14,190 nt of DNA from Candidatus Methylomirabilota bacterium (GTDB lineage: Bacteria; Methylomirabilota; Methylomirabilia; Rokubacteriales; CSP1-6): contig JBKPAK010000074.1 in assembly GCA_046726415.1 (NCBI GenBank), positions 1-14,190 of the forward strand, in the 5' to 3' direction. The notes below the pieces were generated by a model. It had not been told where the DNA came from. It saw nothing but the letters and a program-made list of their open reading frames with translations, and searched no databases. Shown piece by piece: positions 7,612 through 14,190 of this stretch. The translations under genes and the position numbers were made by a program. How positions within the stretch are numbered: position 1 is the stretch's first letter; the number at the start of each line of letters is the position of its first letter.

Positions 7612-9165
7612 CTACGAGCCCTGCTTGAGCGACATGTCGTAAGCCTTGATCAGCTCGTCGCTGCGCGCCTTCCAGTTGAGCCGCTTGCTGGCCCCGTAGA
7701 GATCGAGCTGTTGGTAGAGCGGTACCGCCGGCACTTCCTCCACCCACAGCTTGTTGATCCGCCCGTACTCTTCCCGCCGCTTCTTCTCATCCATGATCGT
7801 CTGGGCCTCGTCCACCATCCGGTTGAAATCCTCGTTGTGCCAGTTGACGAAGATGTTCCCGGATCGGAAGAGGGGCACGTACACGGTCTCGGCGTCCAGG
7901 GTGGGCGTACCCCAACCGATGAGCCACACCGGCCCCGCCTTGTGCACGTAGACCATGTTGTTGAGGTAGTTCACGAATTCGAAGGTCTTGAGCGTGGTCC
8001 GGATTCCCGCCTTGTTGAGTTGCCCGGTGACCGCCTCGGCCACCTCTTTGTCGCGGACGTAGCGTCCCTGCGGTCCGTTCAGCACGATGTCGACGCCGTT
8101 GGGAAAACCTGCCTCGGACAAGAGCTTCTTGGTCCTGGCCAGGTCCTGTTTGATGGGCTTCAGATTCGGGTCGAAGCCGAAGTGCATGCTGGTGAGCATG
8201 GTGGCCACGCGCATGGCCTTGCCGTCCAGCACGCCTTTGATGATCTCGTCGGCGTCGACCGCAGAGGCGATGGCTTGCCGGACCCGCTTGTCAGCGGTGG
8301 GGCCGGCGTACGGTCCCTGGACCTTGTGCTGGGCGTCCATCTGATGCGTGTAGATCATCAGCTGAATGGTGCGGATGCTCGGCGCGGTGGAGAGAAATAG
8401 CTTGGGGTGATTGCCGATAATCCCGGCCAGATGCGGCGGGATGTTGACCGCCACGTCGATCTCGCCGTTCTGGAGGGCGGCCACCCGGACCGCGTCGTCG
8501 GGGATCGGCCGGAACACGATGGTCTTGATCTTCGGCTCCCCTCGCCAGTGCCTGGGGAACGCTTCCATCACGATCTCCTCGTCCTTCGACCACCGGACAA
8601 ACTTATAGGGGCCAGTGCCCACAGGGTTCTTCGAGAGGGCCGCGGTGTCCTTGCCCGCGTACTCCTTGGCGGGATACATGGCGGCCTGCCGGAAGGTGAG
8701 GGCGTTCACGAAGATCGGCCACGGTTTCTTCGTGTGGACCCGCGCGGTGGAGGGATCGACGACCTCCACGCGATCGATGGGAGCGAAGGCGGAACTGCCG
8801 CGAAGCTTGTTGGCGGGGTTGGCCACGCGCTCCAGGCTGAATTTCACCGACTCCGCTGTGAACTCCTCGCCATTGTGGAACTTGACGCCCTTGCGCAGCT
8901 TGATCTCCCACACGGTGGGGGACACCAGCTTGGGCAGTTCGGCGGCGAGGGCGGGAACGATCTTCAGGGTGGCATCGCGTTCGACCAGCGTATCGAACAT
9001 CTGGGCCCCCACGTTGGAGGCCGGGGTTTCCTGCTGGTTCATCATGTCGAGCGTGGTGGGATCGACGCCCTGCGCGATGACCACCTTACCGGCGGGAGCC
9101 GCGCTCGCGACCACCGGAAGGACCAGGAGGGCCAGGGCAGATACGGCGGTTCGCCACAGTGTCAT
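7612..9165 (-). CDS. ABC transporter substrate-binding protein, family 5 (DppA/OppA/NikA-like), 517 aa
   Basis: ATG at 9165 with AGGAGG at 9173-9178. Sec signal peptide ending ASA/A. Motifs 'MFDTLV...PALA', 'LRKGVKFHNGEEFTAESVKFS', 'PVGTGPYKF', 'ALQNGEIDVA', 'DKRVRQAIA.AVD'. Confidence 0.95.
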   Translation of the reverse strand: MTLWRTAVSALALLVLPVVASAAPAGKVVIAQGVDPTTLDMMNQQETPASNVGAQMFDTLVERDATLKIVPALAAELPKLVSPTVWEIKLRKGVKFHNGEEFTAESVKFSLERVANPANKLRGSSAFAPIDRVEVVDPSTARVHTKKPWPIFVNALTFRQAAMYPAKEYAGKDTAALSKNPVGTGPYKFVRWSKDEEIVMEAFPRHWRGEPKIKTIVFRPIPDDAVRVAALQNGEIDVAVNIPPHLAGIIGNHPKLFLSTAPSIRTIQLMIYTHQMDAQHKVQGPYAGPTADKRVRQAIASAVDADEIIKGVLDGKAMRVATMLTSMHFGFDPNLKPIKQDLARTKKLLSEAGFPNGVDIVLNGPQGRYVRDKEVAEAVTGQLNKAGIRTTLKTFEFVNYLNNMVYVHKAGPVWLIGWGTPTLDAETVYVPLFRSGNIFVNWHNEDFNRMVDEAQTIMDEKKRREEYGRINKLWVEEVPAVPLYQQLDLYGASKRLNWKARSDELIKAYDMSLKQGS

Positions 9166-9232
9166 TGCGAAACCTCCTCGAATATGAGGGGATCGTTGCC
9201 GAACCACATCGCCGTGCGGCGGAGTGCCCGCT

Positions 9233-9261
9233 ACTTTAGGGACGCCGACCCGACGAGTCAA
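9233..9261 (-). promoter_or_regulatory. Sigma70-type promoter for the SBP gene
   Basis: TTGACT (9261-9256) - 17 nt - TAAAGT (9238-9233). The TAA in the -10 is also the stop codon of the upstream nucleotidyltransferase. Confidence 0.7.
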
Positions 9262-10675
9262 GGAACGCCAACGCCTCCTCGCGGGTTCCCACCAGCCCCA
9301 ACGCCTGCGCCTCACGGGCCCGGGCCAGGAGTTGTCCGACCGTGGGCCCCGGCGGGATGCCGAAGTGGTCCATCACGTCCTCACCGCGAAGAAGGCGGGG
9401 CGCGGCACTGACCGCTCGCTCCTCGTCCCAGCCTTCGAAGAGGTCGCGAACCAGGGGGGAGCGGCGCCATGTCGCGAAGGGCGACTCGCCTCGCACGGCG
9501 GCCCCGTCGGCGAGGGCCAGCAAGAGCAGATCGCTGGCCTCGTCCCCGAGGTCTCGGAAGAAGCGATAGCGGGCCCGCCGGGTCACTGTCCCGGCCTGGG
9601 CCAGATGCATGGGGCGCAGGTGATGGCGCACCAGCCGCTCGAGGACGCCGGCGACGCGCCCGGGCAGGCGCAGCCGTGTGGCGATGGTCCAGGCGCGCTC
9701 GGCCCCGAGGACGTCGTGCTCGAAGAAGCGGATCCGACCCTGGACCAACCGTCGGGTCTCGGGCTTGGCCACATCGTGCAGCAGTGCAGCCAGCTTCAGC
9801 GTCTGGCTGCGAGCGACCCCTCCACCCAGCTCGACTTGCATGTGAGCCACCAACCCCGCGCCGACTGGCCGCAGCGCCGGGAGACGCCCCAGGAGGCGAT
9901 CGGCCGCGGCGAGCGCGCGTAGGGAGTGCTCGAGCACGGGGAACCGATGCGGTGCGGGCTGGACCGTTCGCCGCATGGGTTCCACCTCGGGCAAGATCGC
10001 CGTCAAGAGCCCCAGCGCGTCCATCCGCCGCACCGCGGGGGCGGCGCGGGCGAGCCCGAGGATGGCCAGCAGCTCGTCCCGCACGCGTTCCATCGACACC
10101 CTGGCGAGGTCGGAGGCATGGACGCGGATGAGTCGACGAGTCGCCGGCACGAGCCTCAGCCCGAGCGCCGCCTCCAGACGCACACCGCGCAGGCCGCGCA
10201 GCGGATCATCGCGCAGGGCCGGTTCTCCGGTGAGGCGTAGGCGCCGTGCCCGCAGGTCCGCGAGCCCGCCGGTGGGATCGATCACGGGGGCGCGGCCTTC
10301 CGAGAGCAGATCACCCAGAGCAACGCCGAGGGCATTGGCGGTGTAGTCGCGTTCCGCGAGATCCCCGGCCACGGTGGAAGCGCGGAAGTCTGAGAGGTCG
10401 AGCCGGTGGCCACGGGCGAGGAGCCGCACCACTCCACGCTCGGGATCGAGCGGAACGACGGCCGCGTTGAGCCGCGCACGGACCCGCTCGGCGAGGGCGA
10501 ATGCTCCGCGCGCGACGGCGACGTCCAGATCCACGCTGGCCCGACCGAGAAAGGCGTCGCGCACGGTGCCCCCAACCAGCACCGGCGCCGCGCGGCGGCC
10601 GCTGGCGCGCACGAAGTCGCGCAGCAGGGCCGTCGCGGGCGCACTCAGTCGCTCGACCCGCAGAATCGCCGTGAT
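9236..10675 (-). CDS. HD-domain class II tRNA nucleotidyltransferase, probably CC-adding; start codon uncertain
   Basis: Motif A 'LVGGTVRD.FLG....DLDVAV', motif B 'DLAERDYTANAL', 'IDPTGGLADL', motif D 'DDPLRGLR' and 'VSMERVRDEL'. HD domain 'H...VLEHS...AALLHDVAKP...H...HH...LAD'. Start placed at ATC 10675 (see findings); alternatives are GTG 10744 or GTG 10612. Confidence 0.88.
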   Translation of the reverse strand: MTAILRVERLSAPATALLRDFVRASGRRAAPVLVGGTVRDAFLGRASVDLDVAVARGAFALAERVRARLNAAVVPLDPERGVVRLLARGHRLDLSDFRASTVAGDLAERDYTANALGVALGDLLSEGRAPVIDPTGGLADLRARRLRLTGEPALRDDPLRGLRGVRLEAALGLRLVPATRRLIRVHASDLARVSMERVRDELLAILGLARAAPAVRRMDALGLLTAILPEVEPMRRTVQPAPHRFPVLEHSLRALAAADRLLGRLPALRPVGAGLVAHMQVELGGGVARSQTLKLAALLHDVAKPETRRLVQGRIRFFEHDVLGAERAWTIATRLRLPGRVAGVLERLVRHHLRPMHLAQAGTVTRRARYRFFRDLGDEASDLLLLALADGAAVRGESPFATWRRSPLVRDLFEGWDEERAVSAAPRLLRGEDVMDHFGIPPGPTVGQLLARAREAQALGLVGTREEALAFLDSSGRRP

Positions 10676-10679
10676 ACGC

Positions 10680-10691
10680 TCATTGTAATGA
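10680..10691. promoter_or_regulatory. AT-rich dyad containing -10 TACAAT (minus strand) in the divergent gap
   Basis: TCATT-GT-AATGA dyad. The minus strand has TACAAT at 10687-10682; the plus strand has a weaker TGTAAT at 10684-10689. Confidence 0.55.
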
Positions 10692-10790
10692 AATCGGGCC
10701 TCGACCTGGTCGCCGTGCCCCCGACATCCGGAACGCGCTGGCACCGCTGAAGCGCTCCTCGACTCACCGGCCGAGTCTCGCCCTCAATCG

Positions 10791-11612
10791 GTGCGCTGCT
10801 TCGACGCTCACGTCCACCTGCACCCTCCGCGGCTCGCCGCCGCCATCGAGCGGTGGTTTGCCCGTGATCGATGGCACAGCGCGCACTCCTTCGAGGCAGA
10901 GGCCGTGGTCCAGACCTTGAGCGGCCGCGGGGTCGAGCGCTTCTGCTTCTTCACCTACGCGCACAAGCCCGGCATCGCCCGGGCGCTCAACGAGTGGGTG
11001 GCCGAGACGGCTGCCCGCTACCCGCAGGCGGTGGCCCTCGGGACCTTGCACGCCGACGATCCCGATCTTGCGCACATCGCGGCCAACGCCATCGACGACC
11101 TGGGGCTCCGTGGCTTCAAGTTCCACTTTTCGGTTCAGCGCTTTCCCGTCGACGACCCGCGGCTCTTTCCCGTGTACGAGCGGGGCGAGGCGGAAGGCTT
11201 CTACTTCACCCTCCACGTAGGGACCATGCCGTACCGCGATCCCTTCACCGGCGTGGAGGGTTTCGCGCGCGTGATGGAGCGTTTCCCGCGGCTCAGAGTG
11301 TGCGTGGCCCACATGGGCGCCTTCGACACCGACCGCTTCCTGGCCCTCACCACTCACTACCCGTCGCTCTACGTCGATACGACGATGGCGATGACCCCCT
11401 TGGCCACGCCGTATGTGGGGGCAGATCCAGCGAGCATCTCGAACGAGGCCATTGTCCGCCACCAGGATCGCATCATGTTCGGGTCGGACTTCCCGCTGAT
11501 TCCCTACGACTATGACGAGGAGCGGGCGTGGGCCGATGCGCGCAGACTGCCCGAGGTCGTGCGGGAGAAGATCTTCTTCGCCAACGCCGCTCGATTCTTC
11601 GCGCGCGATTGA
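10791..11612 (+). CDS. Amidohydrolase_2-family metal-dependent hydrolase/decarboxylase, 273 aa
   Basis: N-terminal D.H.H ('DAHVHLH'), 'GFKFH', 'LHVG', 'AHMG', 'YVDT', 'IMFGSDFP' and 'KIF..NAARF'. The substrate cannot be inferred. Confidence 0.92.
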   Translation: MRCFDAHVHLHPPRLAAAIERWFARDRWHSAHSFEAEAVVQTLSGRGVERFCFFTYAHKPGIARALNEWVAETAARYPQAVALGTLHADDPDLAHIAANAIDDLGLRGFKFHFSVQRFPVDDPRLFPVYERGEAEGFYFTLHVGTMPYRDPFTGVEGFARVMERFPRLRVCVAHMGAFDTDRFLALTTHYPSLYVDTTMAMTPLATPYVGADPASISNEAIVRHQDRIMFGSDFPLIPYDYDEERAWADARRLPEVVREKIFFANAARFFARD

Positions 11613-11645
11613 CCCCGGGCTCGAGCGGACGGGGCCGGCCCTCGC

Positions 11646-12533
11646 CTACCGGATCTCGAGGCCGGCGGGACCGATCCGGTACTCGACGATCTCGTCGCTC
11701 ATGGCGCTGCCCCGGTGTTTAATCACGCATAGCATGCGCGCCAGCCGCGCCCCTACCCGCTCGCTCCCCATGACCATGATGGTGTTGGCGGTGGCGCCGA
11801 TATCCCCGGTGGCTACCTTGCGGGCTAGGAGGTCCTCCAGCCGGGTCTCCTCGGTGGTGACCAGGAGGAGCGTGGTGATCTGCGTGTGGTCGTAGCGATG
11901 CGCGTCGATGAACGCGCGGTGCTTCCAGACGGGGAGGCAGATTTCCATGCCCAGGGTCTCGGCGTCGCGGTGGATGGTCTTCCGATACAGCTCGTCGAAG
12001 ATGAAGAACTGGATCGAGTCGGCGGGGGAGTCCATGGGCTCGACGCCGTCCACGACCACCCGGCGCGCACCCTCGGCGAAGTGGAAGTAGAAAAACGGAC
12101 GCACCGTATAGAGCGCGTGATTGTAGGTCGCCTTCCAGTTCCAGTCGAATTCCCAGCCACCGTCGGCGGTGGGGAGTTGGAAATCACGCACACGCCCCAC
12201 CCAGGGCAGCGCGTTCGAGTAGGAGGCGGCCATGGCGTCCGGCGGTGGATATGGATCGGTCATGGGCGGCACGGCATGCGTCCACGGGCGCAAGGTCCAG
12301 CCGAAGAGGCGCGCCGCATATTCGCCGTGTCGCTGCGAGTCGCCCCGGCCATTCTGGTCGAGGATGATGCCGCGCGCGCCCTCGGCAGCCAGGCCTTGAT
12401 GGGCGAAGGTAAGGCCGACGTGCGTCTTGCCGATGCCGGTGGCGCCGTAGACCACGGCGAGCGTGCCGGGAAGGAGGCCGCCGCCAAGCATCGCGTCGAG
12501 CTTGGAGATGCCGGTGGAAACGCGGTGAGTCAC
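11646..12533 (-). CDS. Single-domain KaiC/RAD55-like RecA-superfamily ATPase
   Basis: 'RVSTGISKLDAMLGGGLLPG', Walker A GATGIGKT, Walker B 'RVVVDG', 'TTLLLVT', C-terminal 'RMLCVIKHRGS...YRIGPAGL'. Start is GTG 12533 (just after a -10) or ATG 12551. Confidence 0.88.
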   Translation of the reverse strand: MTHRVSTGISKLDAMLGGGLLPGTLAVVYGATGIGKTHVGLTFAHQGLAAEGARGIILDQNGRGDSQRHGEYAARLFGWTLRPWTHAVPPMTDPYPPPDAMAASYSNALPWVGRVRDFQLPTADGGWEFDWNWKATYNHALYTVRPFFYFHFAEGARRVVVDGVEPMDSPADSIQFFIFDELYRKTIHRDAETLGMEICLPVWKHRAFIDAHRYDHTQITTLLLVTTEETRLEDLLARKVATGDIGATANTIMVMGSERVGARLARMLCVIKHRGSAMSDEIVEYRIGPAGLEIR

Positions 12534-12541
12534 GAGCGGCA

Positions 12542-12550
12542 ATTCTAGCA
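12542..12550 (-). promoter_or_regulatory. Extended -10 (TGcTAGAAT) for the KaiC-like gene
   Basis: The minus strand reads TGC-TAGAAT, 8 nt before GTG 12533. No SD precedes either candidate start. Confidence 0.55.
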
Positions 12551-12554
12551 TTGC

Positions 12555-12589
12555 CAGGAGCGCGCCCGCCTCGAGCCGCGGGCGGCCTG
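12555..12589. terminator. Hairpin between the ligase and KaiC-like genes
   Basis: CGCCCGC (12563-12569) pairs with GCGGGCG (12578-12584), plus outer CAGG/CCTG. No U-tract. Confidence 0.35.
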
Positions 12590-12605
12590 TCCACGGTGCG
12601 CCTGA

Positions 12606-14165
12606 CTAGATAGACTTGCCCTTCGTCTGGAACTGGCGCTCGTAGAGGGCCCGCATCTCGGCCAGCGTGGTGGCCTGGGCCGGCCCTTTGTCATCGCGGA
12701 CCCTCGTGATGCGCGCGAAGCGCAGGGCGAGGCCGGAGGCGTAGGTGGGACTCTTCTGGATTTCGTTGTACTCGACTTCCACCACGATCTCCGGCCGCAC
12801 GCGCACGGTGTAGCCGTCGTCGCCGACGGCCAGTCGGCGCAGGCGTTCCGTCATCTCGCCGAACTGCAGATCGGTCAGCCCCTTGAACGTCTTGCCGACG
12901 TCGGCAAAGCGCTCACCCTCCACCACGGCGAGATGATAGTTGGAGAGCCAACCCACACGCCGACCCGAGCCGCGATCGGCGGCCACGATGACACAGTCGA
13001 TGGTGTCAGGGGTCTTGAGCTTGAACCATCGCTTGCCGCGACCCCCGGGGGCGTAGGGACTGCTGAGGTCTTTGGCCATGACGCCCTCGTGCCCGGCGGC
13101 GAGAGACTGGTCGCGAAAGCGCCGGGCGGCGTCCAGCCCAGAGACGATCTCTCGCTCGGCCAGGTAGGCCCCATTGGTCAGGCGTGCCAGTGCTTCCCAG
13201 CGGGTCGCGTACGCCTCGTCGATGAGGGAGCGGCCCTCGGCCATCAGGCAGTCGAAGAGGTGGAGAGCCAGCGGCATCTCGCCGACCAGCGATTCCACTC
13301 CATGGATTCGCCGAAAGCGCCGCATCAGCTCCTGGAATGGCAACGGCCGGCCCCGGGCGTCGAGGGCCACCACCTCCCCGTCGACGACCAGCGGCGCGCC
13401 CCGCAGGTCGCGCCGGACGAGAGCCACGATGTCGGGCAGGCTCGCCGTCACATCCGAAAGTCGCCGGGTCCACACGGCGACACGTTGACCGTCGCTGTGG
13501 AGCTGGACGCGTGCGCCATCGTACTTGTACTCGAGCGCCGAACGACCCCCATGCGCGGCGAGGACCTCGTCGAAATCGGTGGCGATCTCCGCCAGCATCG
13601 GAAGGAGCGGGACAAAGAGCTTCGGCCCGACGCCGGCCAGCGCCGCCGCTCCTCCGCGACGGGCCAGCGCGGCCACCGCCGAGAGGTCGCCGAGAAAGAG
13701 CGCGGCACGGCGCACCGCAGACAGGTCGCTGCCCGCCGCCTCGGCGATGGCCTCGAGGACGATCCCGTCGGACGCGCCGGTGCGCATCTCGCCGCCGATG
13801 ATGCGGGCAATCACCTCTCGTTCGTCCGGCGACGCGCGTCCGGCCAAGGCGGCCAGCCGTTCCTCGCGCGCCCGGCGGGAGCCCGCGCCCGTTGCGTCGG
13901 CCACGGCCGCCAGGGCTTCCGCCACATCGCCGATGGCCAGAGGTTCCGGGGACGCGGCGGCGGCCGAGGGCGGCAGGCCTCGCACGCCGAGCACGCGTGG
14001 ATCGGAGGCGGGGAACGGGCGTCCGGTGAGGAAGGCCACCGCGTGCTCGACTTCATCATCCGCCAGCCGCCCCAAGAACTCGGCCACCAGCCGTCGTTTC
14101 TCGAGGCGGCCGCGATTCTCCACGAGTCGCTGGCACAGGGCGACGAATTCTCGGAACGGAGTCAC
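12606..14165 (-). CDS. ATP-dependent DNA ligase (LigB/archaeal-type: N-terminal DNA-binding, adenylation and OB domains), 519 aa
   Basis: Motif I EYKYDGAR, III VVDGEVV, IIIa LHLFD, IV HEGVMAK, V WFKLK, VI LRFARITRVRDDK; also 'PMLA' and 'VGKTFKGLTD'. Confidence 0.96.
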   Translation of the reverse strand: MTPFREFVALCQRLVENRGRLEKRRLVAEFLGRLADDEVEHAVAFLTGRPFPASDPRVLGVRGLPPSAAAASPEPLAIGDVAEALAAVADATGAGSRRAREERLAALAGRASPDEREVIARIIGGEMRTGASDGIVLEAIAEAAGSDLSAVRRAALFLGDLSAVAALARRGGAAALAGVGPKLFVPLLPMLAEIATDFDEVLAAHGGRSALEYKYDGARVQLHSDGQRVAVWTRRLSDVTASLPDIVALVRRDLRGAPLVVDGEVVALDARGRPLPFQELMRRFRRIHGVESLVGEMPLALHLFDCLMAEGRSLIDEAYATRWEALARLTNGAYLAEREIVSGLDAARRFRDQSLAAGHEGVMAKDLSSPYAPGGRGKRWFKLKTPDTIDCVIVAADRGSGRRVGWLSNYHLAVVEGERFADVGKTFKGLTDLQFGEMTERLRRLAVGDDGYTVRVRPEIVVEVEYNEIQKSPTYASGLALRFARITRVRDDKGPAQATTLAEMRALYERQFQTKGKSI

Positions 14166-14171
14166 CCGCCC

Positions 14172-14177
14172 ATTATG
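14172..14177 (-). promoter_or_regulatory. -10 element placed for leaderless ligase mRNA
   Basis: CATAAT, then 6 nt (GGGCGG), then the GTG start at 14165. No SD. Confidence 0.55.
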
Positions 14178-14190
14178 CGAGGCGACCGCG

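Noticed and set aside
7630..7639. Palindrome CGACATGTCG near the tRNA -35 region
   Set aside because: Short, inside the SBP coding sequence, and expected by chance.
9236..10744. Calling the nucleotidyltransferase pcnB or a defence (CBASS/toxin) nucleotidyltransferase
   Set aside because: It has class II tRNA-NT motifs plus HD, no PAP signature, and no effector or antitoxin neighbours.
11519..11528. GGAGCGGGCG match to the tRNA-Gly 3' end as a possible att site
   Set aside because: Only 10 GC-rich bp, inside the amidohydrolase CDS and on the 5' side of the tRNA. No integrase is present.
11646..12551. Calling the ATPase kaiC (circadian clock) or radA
   Set aside because: It is single-domain, lacks the ST phosphosites and kaiA/kaiB neighbours, and has no RadA zinc finger or Lon-like domain.

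Overview
GC-rich bacterial chromosomal window with mostly housekeeping and metabolic genes. It probably comes from a diderm; the gene set is reminiscent of Ca. Rokubacteria/Methylomirabilota, but that is inference only. Left to right: (+) 5'-truncated HlyD/MdtN-like membrane fusion protein and a FUSC/MdtO-like efflux membrane protein; (-) a tightly packed pgl-rpiA-tkt-aroM operon; a ~430-bp intergenic region with a 30-bp-period tandem repeat carrying dyads, a palindrome, a probable unannotated 31-aa hydrophobic ORF and a strong hairpin; (-) tRNA-Gly(CCC); (-) an orphan family-5 ABC substrate-binding protein; (-) an HD-domain tRNA nucleotidyltransferase with the loop deletion typical of CC-adding enzymes and no well-placed canonical start codon; (+) an amidohydrolase_2 protein; (-) an atypical single-domain KaiC/RAD55-like ATPase; (-) a LigB-type ATP-dependent DNA ligase. 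No transposase, integrase or CRISPR array was seen. The best leads are the probable CC-adding enzyme with a leaderless ATC start, AroM coupled to transketolase, the small ORF and repeat region next to the tRNA, and the divergent KaiC-like ATPase.
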